Positions 26,724 through 35,939 are shown, counted from the first letter of the stretch. The stretch is DNA of 64,000 nt from Clostridia bacterium (GCA_017436905.1 JAFSCF010000002.1:1083-65082), one strand, 5' to 3'. Program-made: numbers and translations. Notes: a model not told the origin generated them from the sequence alone.

Positions 26724-26825
26724 ATATGGTGTTGACTGATATACGTAATAAGTATACCATATATTATTTTTATCATCACTAAAACGCTTGATTTTAAGCC
26801 ATTTTGCAAATATCCAACCCCATTT

Positions 26826-28112
26826 TTATTTTACATACCCCAAATATTCCCCAAAATTTACGACCTTTTTATAGGTTTGAAACGCCGAATTATATTTTTG
26901 TTCTGTTAACTCGTTTTCGAATCCTTCGTTATTGATTTTTTCAAATTCGGAGTCAAGTTTACCCATTTCAGAAGACATATGTTCAGGAAGAACAGAAGTA
27001 TATAAATCCATAGTCATCTTAAGGGAAGCGTGACCCAAATAGGATTGAACTGTTTTCGGTTTAATTCCAGCCTCGAAACATCTTGTGGCAAAAGTATGTC
27101 TGAAACAGTGACATGAAAAAGTTTCGAGTTCATCCGATGTATCTCTCATCAAATTAATTTCATTAACAATTCTTTTTATCGCATCACATATATTTTGTGG
27201 GTTTAACGGGGTGTTAACCTTGGTTGTAAATAGTAAATCTCGAAACTCTTTTTCTGGTCTTTTGCTTTCTGGGGCTTTGTTTTCAAGAATCCTTTTTTGC
27301 ATAAATTGTTTTTTTAGAGCTATAGCACATTGCTTACTAATAGGTATTTCTCTATAACTTGTTTTTGTTTTTGGCTCTTCAAAATGAAAAGTCTTTTTTG
27401 AATCTTCTTCATAACGTTGATATACGAGTGTACGAGTAACACGGATAATGTTTTTGTCCCAATCAATATCTTCCCATCTCAATGCTGCCAATTCGCCAAT
27501 TCTCATTCCAGTTTGTATAGCCACTGTAAAAAAGTTATCATAAAATGTGCCTTTACAACAATTAAAGAAGTCTATTTGATCTTCAAGTGTTAATACTTGA
27601 ACTTCTTTGTCTTTGTCTTTTGGAACGGATATCCCTTTAGCGGGATTTTTTCTTACAAATTCATCAATCATTGCCTTATTAAATATATCTACAAGGAGCA
27701 CCTTAACCTTATTTCGTGTTTCAAACTGATATCCTTGTTTTTTAAGATCTTTTATAAGTTCACGGATTTGCAATTGAGTAATATTTTGTATAGAAATTTT
27801 CCCTAATGTGGGAGATATATGCTTTTTATAAACATGATTATAATGTCTTCTGGTATTTTCTCTTATAATATCAAATTTATAGACATTCATCCATTTATCG
27901 TACCAATCATCTAATTTAATATTATCTCTTATATTGATTTCTTTCTCATCTTCATATATTGCCTCGTTATACCGTTTTTTGACATCTTTAAGGTCTCTTC
28001 CTGTAACCGAAACTCTTTTGCCAAAACGATTATTAAATCTTGCTTCATAAATACCATTCTTTTTTTGAACGATACCTTTTCCTAGGTCTTTTCCATTCAA
28101 ATCTTTCCCCAT
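26826..28112 (-). CDS. int: tyrosine recombinase / phage integrase (Tn916-Int-like N-terminal arm-binding domain)
   Basis: 428 aa; C-terminal HCFRHTFATR ... LGHASLKMTMDLYTSV (R-H-R-Y catalytic set). Confidence 0.9.
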   Translation of the reverse strand: MGKDLNGKDLGKGIVQKKNGIYEARFNNRFGKRVSVTGRDLKDVKKRYNEAIYEDEKEINIRDNIKLDDWYDKWMNVYKFDIIRENTRRHYNHVYKKHISPTLGKISIQNITQLQIRELIKDLKKQGYQFETRNKVKVLLVDIFNKAMIDEFVRKNPAKGISVPKDKDKEVQVLTLEDQIDFFNCCKGTFYDNFFTVAIQTGMRIGELAALRWEDIDWDKNIIRVTRTLVYQRYEEDSKKTFHFEEPKTKTSYREIPISKQCAIALKKQFMQKRILENKAPESKRPEKEFRDLLFTTKVNTPLNPQNICDAIKRIVNEINLMRDTSDELETFSCHCFRHTFATRCFEAGIKPKTVQSYLGHASLKMTMDLYTSVLPEHMSSEMGKLDSEFEKINNEGFENELTEQKYNSAFQTYKKVVNFGEYLGYVK

Positions 28113-28224
28113 TTTCTTCTCCTTTCTTTTGAACGAAAAGAAACCTATACGTAATTATATTGTTTTATATAACTAAATATATATAATTATAACACACATA
28201 GGTCTCTAAATCAATATTTTTGTT

Positions 28225-28440
28225 TTATAAGTAATGTTTATTTTTTAAATAATTTTCAAACTCTTTTCTTTTTATCAAATGCTTATTTCCTACTTTCAAT
28301 AAAAATGGACATCCTTTTTCTTGTAATAACCCTCGCAAAGTGGATATTCCGATATTTGAATATTGTGATGCTTCATGTATTGTTAAATTGATTTTCTCCC
28401 ATATGGGAATTTGTGATATTTTATTTTCCAGTGCTACCAA
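28225..28440 (-). CDS. xis: excisionase-family HTH DNA-binding protein
   Basis: 71 aa; LTIHEASQYSNIGISTLRGLL...KVGNKHLIKRKEFENYL matches the excisionase/MerR-like HTH pattern; immediately upstream of int. Confidence 0.7.
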   Translation of the reverse strand: MVALENKISQIPIWEKINLTIHEASQYSNIGISTLRGLLQEKGCPFLLKVGNKHLIKRKEFENYLKNKHYL

Positions 28441-28864
28441 ATCCCCCTCTATTTACTTCATCAAGAGCGTCAACTTCAACTAATTCAACGTCTGGCATTA
28501 TAGGTACAATTTCAAACTGACATATTCTATCTCCTTTGTTGATAATAGTATCTCTTGTTGCGTATACTGGATATTTCCAAATATCTGTTGAGCCACAATA
28601 ACTGGAATCAATTTGACCTACGCTATTTTGCTGTAATGTACCCCAATTTTTAAATGTGCTACTGCGAGGATATACATTTGCCTTATACCCTTTAGGAAGT
28701 TTCATTGAAACACCTAGAGAAATCAGTGCCGATTCTCCTGCTTTTAACTCAACTGTTTCAGCAGCATATAAGTCAATCAAGTCGCCCTGTTGTATCTTCT
28801 TTAATCTTGGGATTTCATCATCGTGATATTTAACCAATATTTTATATGTAATTTGTCTGTTCAT
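28421..28864 (-). CDS. dut: dUTP diphosphatase (trimeric dUTPase)
   Basis: 147 aa; GQIDSSYCG and C-terminal RGGFGSTGK motifs. Confidence 0.85.
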   Translation of the reverse strand: MNRQITYKILVKYHDDEIPRLKKIQQGDLIDLYAAETVELKAGESALISLGVSMKLPKGYKANVYPRSSTFKNWGTLQQNSVGQIDSSYCGSTDIWKYPVYATRDTIINKGDRICQFEIVPIMPDVELVEVDALDEVNRGGFGSTGK

Positions 28865-28868
28865 CGTA

Positions 28869-29057
28869 TTATCCTTTCGTGATTATTTCTATAAGTTTAG
28901 TTTTTGATATATTTTTGCCATCCATTTTGAATTTCCAACCAGATTTATACATTGATTCAATTTCCGATTTTGATGGAATGCATGATTCTTGAAAAGTGTA
29001 AAAGATTCTGTTTCCTTTATCGTTAAACGCTTCGAATTTAGGCACTTCACAATTCAT
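28869..29057 (-). CDS. hypothetical phage protein (62 aa)
   Basis: ORF tightly packed between nrdG and dut; no recognisable motif. Confidence 0.35.
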   Translation of the reverse strand: MNCEVPKFEAFNDKGNRIFYTFQESCIPSKSEIESMYKSGWKFKMDGKNISKTKLIEIITKG

Positions 29058-29688
29058 ATTGTACTATACAATTCTCCTTTAAAGATTTTTGAACATCTAT
29101 TATTCTTTGGTTGCTACTACCTCGGAATGGTAAATTTGTTGTTCTTTTGTCAATCTCAAACTTGCCATCTACTAAAACATCAATTGCCCCTAATAGCATT
29201 TTTGAATGGTCATTTTTAAGTAATTCATTGAATGTTCTTCCTGAGTAAAGCCATATATTACGACCTTTGTTTCTTAGTATTAGTGCCAGTTTAAAAAATG
29301 CTTTTGCTTGTAGAGTACATTCGCCACCTGAAAATGTGATGTCGTTGTCGTTATCTAATAGCAAACTAGATAGAGTTTTTATAGTTATTGGTTTTCCGTT
29401 TGTTATATTCCAACTTTGAGGATTATGGCATCCTTTGCAACCAATATTACATTTTGCGCAATATATAGTGTTCCTAAATCCTATGCCATCAACTATTGTA
29501 TCGTATTTAATATCCATATAATAGATAACGCCTGAGCCATCTCCACAAGTTTGAATAATAGAGGGGTCATTTAAGACCCTCTCAACATATTCAACATCTT
29601 TATTAACTAAAGTCGATATTTCTTTAACAGAATAAATATTTCCATCCGACAAGTTTTTTATTATCTCATTCATGGCATACTCTATCAT
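29047..29688 (-). CDS. nrdG: anaerobic ribonucleotide reductase activating protein with about 55-aa N-terminal extension
   Basis: CNIGCKGCHN radical-SAM cluster motif; alternative start at ATG 29673 overlaps the nrdD stop. Confidence 0.85.
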   Translation of the reverse strand: MIEYAMNEIIKNLSDGNIYSVKEISTLVNKDVEYVERVLNDPSIIQTCGDGSGVIYYMDIKYDTIVDGIGFRNTIYCAKCNIGCKGCHNPQSWNITNGKPITIKTLSSLLLDNDNDITFSGGECTLQAKAFFKLALILRNKGRNIWLYSGRTFNELLKNDHSKMLLGAIDVLVDGKFEIDKRTTNLPFRGSSNQRIIDVQKSLKENCIVQYEL

Positions 29689-31873
29689 TTAATTCTGCTA
29701 ATTTAGCAGCGTTCCAACTGTTAACAGTTCCAACCAAATATCCAGTAATTCTTTCTATTGTATCTATGTTTGTTCCGCCACATTCTAAACATTTTTTTAG
29801 GTCTCTAATGGCACTCTCCCATCCACAATCTAAGCAACGATTTCTCAAATGGTTAATAGAGCCATATCCAATGTCATTATCACGGATAATGGTTACTACT
29901 TGCATAACTGCTTCTGGATTATGTGTTGCATCACCATCTAATTCAACATAGAAAATATGCCCACCAAGAGTTAAGGCATGATATGGTGCTTCAACTTCGG
30001 CTTTATGCTTAATTGTGCAATGATACCATACAGGCACATGATTTGAATTAGTGTAGTAATCCTTATCTGTAATGTATTCAATTACACCAAAATCTCTTCT
30101 ATCTTTCTTTGTAAACTTTCCTGATAATCCCTCTGCTGGTGTAGCCAATACAGAATAATTCAAATCATATTTATCAGCCCACATTTTCACTCTATCTCTA
30201 AGGTGAGTAATAATTTCAATACCTAACTTCTGAGACTCTTCAGATTCCCCATGATGTTTACCTGTTAATGCAATTAGACACTCGGCAAGTCCAATAAATC
30301 CAACTCCTAATGTCCCTTGCTTTAATAAGTCTCCTACTCTGTCATTTTTCTGTAAGTTTTCAGAACCATTCCATAACCCAGCCATTAATAATGGGAATTG
30401 TGATTTAAGTGCCGTTCTTTGAAAACAATATCTGTCATATAATTGTCTTACCGCTACATCCGTGTATTTATCTAATTTTTCATAGAATGTAGAAATTTTT
30501 TCTTCATAACTTTCGATATTCATACACTCCAATGCGAGTCTAACAATGTTAATTGTTGTGAATGATAAGTTGCCTCTGCCGACAGATGATTTTTCGCCAT
30601 GTCTATTCTCAAAAACTCTTGTACGGCAGCCCATTGTTGCACACTCATACTTATATCTTTCTGGGTCATTTTCTCTCCATAAATCATTTACATTAAATGA
30701 AGTATCTAAATTAATGAAGTTTGGAAAGAATCTTCTTGCGGTTACTTTACAAGCTAGTTCTAATAAATCGTAGTTTCTATCTCCCTTTTCTGCACTATAA
30801 CCTTTCTTTAACTTCCAAATCTGAATAGGGAAGATAGGTGTTTCACCATTACCAACCCCGTTATATGTAGAGTTAAGAATTTCTCGAATAATACATCTAC
30901 CTTCTGCACTTGTATCAGTACCATAATTAATAGAACTAAATACAACCTGATTGCCACCACGACTATGAATGGTATTCATATTATGAATAAATGCTTCCAT
31001 AGACTGATGCACTCTTGAAACAGTCTTATTAATAGCTTGCTGTTTTACTCTATCTCTACCAGTTAATGTTTCTAATGGCTTTTTAATATAATCTTCAATT
31101 TCCTCATCGAATAAATAAGTATAATCAACACCAGTAAATTCAATGAGTTTTTTAACTTCTTCAACGTATGTGCTTCTTACATATGGTGCTAAGTAATAGT
31201 CAAATGCAGGAATTGCTTGTCCCCCATGCATTTCGTTCTGTACTGTTTCCATACTGATACATCCAATAATAGAAGCGGTTTCAATTCTTTTTGCTGGTCT
31301 GCTTGAACCATGACCTGCTCTAAAACCATTATTTAAAATTCTATCAAGCGGATGCTGTAAGCAAGTTAATGACTTAGTTGGATAATAATCTTTATCATGA
31401 GTATGTATATAATTATTATCAATAGCTTCTCTTGCTTCTTCGCTAATCAACTCATCATCTGTATATGCTTTTGTTGTTTCACTTGCAAACTTCATCATCA
31501 TACCAGCAGGTGTTTCAGCATTCATGTTTGCATTTTCTTTTGTAACATCATTAGATTCCGCATTAACAATACTGTTGAATACGGCATAGGTCTTTGACTT
31601 TCTAAGTTTATTTCTCTCATATCTGTACAAGATATAACTTCTAGCAACATCTTTTCTATTACTTGCCATAAGTTTTTCCTCAACTAAATCTTGTACCTCT
31701 TCAACAGAAAAATCCTTATCTAAAGATTCAACATGGTTAGCAATTTCTCTTGCTTTATCTTTTGCATATGCCGTTTCTTCGCCGTCAACATCAAGAAAGG
31801 CTTTAAGAACAGCAACCTTAACCTTTTCTTTATCAAACTTAACTCTTCGTCCATCACGTTTTTTTACAATCAA
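29666..31873 (-). CDS. nrdD: anaerobic ribonucleoside-triphosphate reductase
   Basis: 735 aa; N-terminal ATP-cone (VKKRDGRRVKFDKEKV), C-terminal Zn ribbon (CLDCG...CLECGG) and RITGYL glycyl-radical motif; TTG start with GGAGGA upstream. Confidence 0.95.
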   Translation of the reverse strand: MIVKKRDGRRVKFDKEKVKVAVLKAFLDVDGEETAYAKDKAREIANHVESLDKDFSVEEVQDLVEEKLMASNRKDVARSYILYRYERNKLRKSKTYAVFNSIVNAESNDVTKENANMNAETPAGMMMKFASETTKAYTDDELISEEAREAIDNNYIHTHDKDYYPTKSLTCLQHPLDRILNNGFRAGHGSSRPAKRIETASIIGCISMETVQNEMHGGQAIPAFDYYLAPYVRSTYVEEVKKLIEFTGVDYTYLFDEEIEDYIKKPLETLTGRDRVKQQAINKTVSRVHQSMEAFIHNMNTIHSRGGNQVVFSSINYGTDTSAEGRCIIREILNSTYNGVGNGETPIFPIQIWKLKKGYSAEKGDRNYDLLELACKVTARRFFPNFINLDTSFNVNDLWRENDPERYKYECATMGCRTRVFENRHGEKSSVGRGNLSFTTINIVRLALECMNIESYEEKISTFYEKLDKYTDVAVRQLYDRYCFQRTALKSQFPLLMAGLWNGSENLQKNDRVGDLLKQGTLGVGFIGLAECLIALTGKHHGESEESQKLGIEIITHLRDRVKMWADKYDLNYSVLATPAEGLSGKFTKKDRRDFGVIEYITDKDYYTNSNHVPVWYHCTIKHKAEVEAPYHALTLGGHIFYVELDGDATHNPEAVMQVVTIIRDNDIGYGSINHLRNRCLDCGWESAIRDLKKCLECGGTNIDTIERITGYLVGTVNSWNAAKLAELNDRVCHE

Positions 31874-31898
31874 TAATTTTTCCTCCTATGTTTTTTAT

Positions 31899-31933
31899 AA
31901 ACAAAACGGCAAGAGAACACTTTGTCTCTTGCC
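31899..31933 (-). terminator. intrinsic terminator-like hairpin between the deoxyribosyltransferase-like gene and nrdD
   Basis: Minus strand GGCAAGAGA-CAAAGTGT-TCTCTTGCC followed by GTTTTGTTT. Confidence 0.65.
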
Positions 31934-31960
31934 ATAATGTCTCTACTTATTTATTCTCTA

Positions 31961-32395
31961 TTAAATTAAGTAAAAATCTTTAATATAATCAAGCATTTCG
32001 TTAACACTGTTAAATATACGTTCGCAGATACATTGTTGCCACGGATGCAACTCCTGACTATTCTCGTTTAATCCGATAACCGGAATGCGTCTGTCATAGG
32101 CAATTGCGATTTCGCTCATTGTCCCAAGAGACCATTTATCATTAAAGTTTACTATAACCAAATCTGACTGTCGTAGTTTGTACAGATCGACATTCATTAC
32201 TTCTCTCTCCGAGACATATCGCGGTTCATCTTTAAAATTAAACAGATCATTTGGATTGAACACTCTTACTCTGTAATCACATTCGTGGGTTTCGAGTGTG
32301 GTTTTGCAATGCTTTCGCCAATTGTTACTTTCGTTAAAGTTATCTCTGCCGAACTTTTGCATACCCCCAGAAGCATATATTCTAAATTCGCGCAA
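31961..32395 (-). CDS. nucleoside 2-deoxyribosyltransferase-like protein
   Basis: 144 aa; ...SLGTMSEIAIAY... resembles the NDT/Rcl-family catalytic-Glu region. Confidence 0.55.
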   Translation of the reverse strand: MREFRIYASGGMQKFGRDNFNESNNWRKHCKTTLETHECDYRVRVFNPNDLFNFKDEPRYVSEREVMNVDLYKLRQSDLVIVNFNDKWSLGTMSEIAIAYDRRIPVIGLNENSQELHPWQQCICERIFNSVNEMLDYIKDFYLI

Positions 32396-32397
32396 AC

Positions 32398-33114
32398 TTA
32401 ATGTCCTCCTTTTGTTTTGGAATTAGCATATGAGAATTCACCATAGTATTTTTCTTCTGCCATTTTCCTAGCACTTATTGCTTCTTCTAATGTTTTAAAT
32501 GTGCCAATTTGTATTAATTTGTTTTTGTATCCAATATTCACACTCCATTTGCCCTTTGATAAATAAACCCCATTTATACCATTTTTGTTTGTAACAATTC
32601 TATTAGAGCAATTTTGTTGTGTAGTTGCTAATCTTAAATTTTGTTTTCTGTTGTCGCTTTTGTCATGGTTGATATGGTCAACATCAAAATCATTTGGGGC
32701 ATCTAAAATCAATCTATGTAGCAGGTGATAGTCTTTGTTTGTAGAGTTGGTAACAATATACCCATTTGTATCCATATACCAACAATAATCTTTTATTTTA
32801 TTATAATCATCAATATCAAAATAAAATTTTTCGCCTTTAGAGGTATAGCCTATACCATAAGCACCAGACAAATCATATACATTTGTTTTATTTTTAAATC
32901 TATTTTTATCTCTCATACAACCGCAACTCTTGCAGGTCGGATTCCTTAATCGTTCTGTTGTTGTTATATAATCTTTAACTCCACATTCACAATCGCAAAA
33001 CCACGCTGCATATACCCTGCCACTCTTTCTAACAATATCAGGTGCAGGGCGTACAACAGTTAACAAGCCAACTTCTGCCCAGTTAAATCTATTCTCTGCA
33101 TGTGTTAACCTCAA
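32398..33114 (-). CDS. HNH homing endonuclease with AP2 DNA-binding domain
   Basis: HINHDKSDNRKQNLRLATTQQN (HNH_3) followed by GVYLSKGKWSVNIGYKNKLIQIGTFKTLEEAISARKMAE (AP2). Confidence 0.8.
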   Translation of the reverse strand: MRLTHAENRFNWAEVGLLTVVRPAPDIVRKSGRVYAAWFCDCECGVKDYITTTERLRNPTCKSCGCMRDKNRFKNKTNVYDLSGAYGIGYTSKGEKFYFDIDDYNKIKDYCWYMDTNGYIVTNSTNKDYHLLHRLILDAPNDFDVDHINHDKSDNRKQNLRLATTQQNCSNRIVTNKNGINGVYLSKGKWSVNIGYKNKLIQIGTFKTLEEAISARKMAEEKYYGEFSYANSKTKGGH

Positions 33115-33656
33115 TATTTATTACAAACAAAAGTGAATGGATACTTAATTAATTTGTTTCTAATAACATCGCAAACGAATAAATATGCCATCTTATCTAA
33201 TTGTTCTATTGTGCCATTATTCTCAATTATGTAGTCATACTCGTAATTTTCTACGTTTGCGTCTGCGTGATTGCTTGCAATTTTTTCAACTCTTGGGTTT
33301 CTTATAAGAATTGTTTCAGCGCCAAATGTTTTAACAGCACGTGCAATCTCATTAGGTTCACGTATATCTATAAATAGCACTTTTGTTTCGATTTTGTTGT
33401 TTTTAAAATCTGCAACTATTGATGCGATATCTTTAAACGGAATGTCATCATATTTAGTTAATCTATCCTTCATATCACTATAAAGCAACCTTTTTTCTTC
33501 TGTTTTAGGTTCTTTTTGTATCCCCGCAACTTCAAGCATATTTTTAACTAAGTCGATTGATGAATATTTAGATGTTGGTATGTATTTACTTATCGCTTTA
33601 ACGAAAGAATCTTTACCACTCATTCCTGACCCATTTGTTATAAATACTTTCTTCAA
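33111..33656 (-). CDS. P-loop deoxynucleoside-monophosphate-kinase-like protein
   Basis: 181 aa; GSGMSGKDS Walker A; size and context resemble phage dNMP kinases. Confidence 0.5.
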   Translation of the reverse strand: MKKVFITNGSGMSGKDSFVKAISKYIPTSKYSSIDLVKNMLEVAGIQKEPKTEEKRLLYSDMKDRLTKYDDIPFKDIASIVADFKNNKIETKVLFIDIREPNEIARAVKTFGAETILIRNPRVEKIASNHADANVENYEYDYIIENNGTIEQLDKMAYLFVCDVIRNKLIKYPFTFVCNKY

Positions 33657-33670
33657 TTATTTACCCCCTG

Positions 33671-34399
33671 TTAATTTTCAATAGTCAGCACATAACCTCT
33701 TGTGATTTGATTATGCATATTCGTAATTTGTTTCATAACGGTTTCAGCCCATTCCTTAACTTCGGGGTTAGCCCCACCATCTTCGTTGCGCTCTTTGAAT
33801 ACATGCCCCCATTCGCAAAGAGTTATTTTAGATATAAAATTACTGGGGATACTAAGCATATAAAGACCGCGTTTTACATCTTTGCTATTAATAAAATCTT
33901 CCTTTATATATCCGTTAACTGTTTTGATATACTTTTCTCCATTACGTTTAATAATATCAGGTGTTTCAATACCTAATGCCTTTAGCGCTTCGTCTGTAGG
34001 GATAATCTTATCTTTATAATAATCAGACATTTCATTATCAGAATATTCTGCAAGTCTTGTACTGCTACGTATGATTCTGTTATCAAAACGTTTTGCGTGC
34101 GAGTCAATGTCGTCTTGAGCTCCTCTATGTATATTTTCAGTCATTATAGAAATATCAATATAACGGAGTACCGTTATATGCCTCTTGCCCATTTTTAACA
34201 GCATGTCGAGCCACTTATTAAATTGTTCAAGTTTAGATTTGTCACAAGTCCACGTCTTAATGTGTCCTCGGCTATCAAGTACGTTTTCACAAACTTCTCT
34301 AATTTCTTTGTCAATTTCAGGAGTCCAAGACCTTTTGCTTATGTACATAGACACAAACGCGTCTTCAAATCCCGTAATGCTATTTACCGTTACTTTCAA
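33671..34399 (-). CDS. divergent ThyX-like (flavin-dependent thymidylate synthase fold) protein; assignment tentative
   Basis: 242 aa; segment GKRHITVLRYIDISIMTENIHRGAQDDIDSHAKR...RSSTRL lines up loosely with ThyX GHxSvLEH..F.i.g.SRa...qL.RHR..S...S.RY, but the RHR...S signature is not intact. Confidence 0.3.
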   Translation of the reverse strand: MKVTVNSITGFEDAFVSMYISKRSWTPEIDKEIREVCENVLDSRGHIKTWTCDKSKLEQFNKWLDMLLKMGKRHITVLRYIDISIMTENIHRGAQDDIDSHAKRFDNRIIRSSTRLAEYSDNEMSDYYKDKIIPTDEALKALGIETPDIIKRNGEKYIKTVNGYIKEDFINSKDVKRGLYMLSIPSNFISKITLCEWGHVFKERNEDGGANPEVKEWAETVMKQITNMHNQITRGYVLTIEN

Positions 34400-34638
34400 T
34401 TAACAACCTCCGATACTATATAATTTTTCATTGATTCTTTTACTTCGCTTGGGACATTTCCGTGAAATTCCACTCTTAATTTTTCTGACAAATCAAGACT
34501 GAATATGCCGGGCAACGACTTGCCATTCACAATATATCGCCTACCACAAACATACACCTCGCCACTGCATTTTGATGCAAGTTTTACGAATTCCGTCACG
34601 TCTTTTGGAGTATTAAGTTTGATTGTTGTTTCTATCAT
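34396..34638 (-). CDS. HPr-fold-like small protein lacking the phospho-His
   Basis: 80 aa; VNGKSLPGIFSLDLSEKL resembles the HPr AKSIMGxMSLGx region; no His at the HPr His15-equivalent position. Confidence 0.4.
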   Translation of the reverse strand: MIETTIKLNTPKDVTEFVKLASKCSGEVYVCGRRYIVNGKSLPGIFSLDLSEKLRVEFHGNVPSEVKESMKNYIVSEVVN

Positions 34639-34870
34639 TTTTATCTCCTTCTAAATTTTTCATAGCAGCCCAAATATCATCAATAGTTTTCCATTTAGGC
34701 AGTTCGCCATATAGTTCTTTATATTCATTTTCTCGGTTATGTATAGTTTTCGAGAGTTCCGTACTGATAACAGAATATCCTGATTCCCAAACATCTGTCA
34801 TTTCTAAATTAAACTTTTGTATTCTCAGTTTGCAAATATTATAAAGAAGGTTTTCTCTGTTGTCTCTCAT
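34613..34870 (-). CDS. hypothetical phage protein
   Basis: ORF with AAGGGGA RBS before ATG 34870; overlaps the next gene by 26 nt. Confidence 0.35.
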   Translation of the reverse strand: MRDNRENLLYNICKLRIQKFNLEMTDVWESGYSVISTELSKTIHNRENEYKELYGELPKWKTIDDIWAAMKNLEGDKNDRNNNQT

Positions 34871-34905
34871 AAAAATCCCCTTGTTATTAAACGACTTGTT
34901 TATTA

Positions 34906-35109
34906 TCAAATTTCATTTATAATTTCTAACTTAACATCTTCAGGAGCCATAATTGGTAAATAATACTTGCCCGCCTGTTCTTTTACGGATTCATAGATTG
35001 CATTTCGTTCCTTTTGATCATATACGCCTTTTGGCGTGGTGATTTTAAGTATTGAAAGAGGTTCAAAATCTCTTTTGGTTCCGCAAAATGTAAATAAACT
35101 ATCTCCCAT
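34906..35109 (-). CDS. hypothetical phage protein
   Basis: ORF with AAGGAGAAG RBS before ATG 35109. Confidence 0.35.
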   Translation of the reverse strand: MGDSLFTFCGTKRDFEPLSILKITTPKGVYDQKERNAIYESVKEQAGKYYLPIMAPEDVKLEIINEI

Positions 35110-35140
35110 ATCTTCTCCTTTCTGCATTTAAAGACTTGTT

Positions 35141-35809
35141 CTATTGACAATCTTTACCCCACTGCTCTGCCATAGCCTTTGCGATGCCTTCAAATGTTTT
35201 ACTTGCGTCTTTTGCATTATGAGCAACACCTCTGCTTCCACCTTTCCCCCTAGCGAACCCACCTGTATTGCTTGGCAAATAAGGCTTGTATTCGTCTACG
35301 ATTTTAGTTGGTTTCAATGGTGATAAACCCTTTTGCCATAACAAAGTACGTTTTGAAAATGGATGTCCATATTCAAATGGTTGCACTACTTGACTTTCTT
35401 TCGGTAATCCAACACATTTTAGTGGAGTAGGATTCTCTACGCATATTCTTTCGCAATCAGCATTTAAAAACTTCATAAAAAAGTCTTTTGCTTCCAATGC
35501 TTTCTTTAATCTATTCTCATCAATATTACCAGCAGTTGGATACATAAATCTTGCACCAGCCTTGCTCATATATGTACACGGCGGATGTGCAATAAGCAAA
35601 TCCCATTTCCCATCAACGGTATGCTCAACACCGTCTGCCGTTTTAAATTTGCAATTCCCATTTATTAAAGGCAGTGCATCTCCTTGTATGTGCCATTCTG
35701 GATGTCCACCAGAACATTCAATAATATCACAAGAATATGCTTCCCAGCCTATTTCTCTAAAAGCCTTACATACTGTTTGACTTTCTTCACATGCTACTAA
35801 TAGTTTCAT
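35141..35809 (-). CDS. small phage-type DNA cytosine-C5 methyltransferase-like protein (no canonical motif I)
   Basis: 222 aa; AHPPCTYMS (motif IV-like PC) and VENP (motif VI-like); N-terminus LLVACEESQTV in place of FxGxG. Confidence 0.6.
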   Translation of the reverse strand: MKLLVACEESQTVCKAFREIGWEAYSCDIIECSGGHPEWHIQGDALPLINGNCKFKTADGVEHTVDGKWDLLIAHPPCTYMSKAGARFMYPTAGNIDENRLKKALEAKDFFMKFLNADCERICVENPTPLKCVGLPKESQVVQPFEYGHPFSKRTLLWQKGLSPLKPTKIVDEYKPYLPSNTGGFARGKGGSRGVAHNAKDASKTFEGIAKAMAEQWGKDCQ

Positions 35810-35939
35810 TATTTAATAGGAGAAATGTACATTTAACGGAATTCCAACTCGTTCCTCCTATTCTTTTATAGGTGTTTGCAACCACCTAATTATTTTTTAA
35901 TTTTCGCTTTAAAAGCGTGGTTTTATTGGCATTTTTAGT

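Noticed and set aside
26691-26825. Idea that the prophage insertion destroyed the fumarase alpha-subunit gene
   Set aside because: Reconstructing the empty site from the att cores joins metA directly to the beta gene with 13 nt between them, leaving no room for an alpha gene. Its absence predates or is independent of the insertion.
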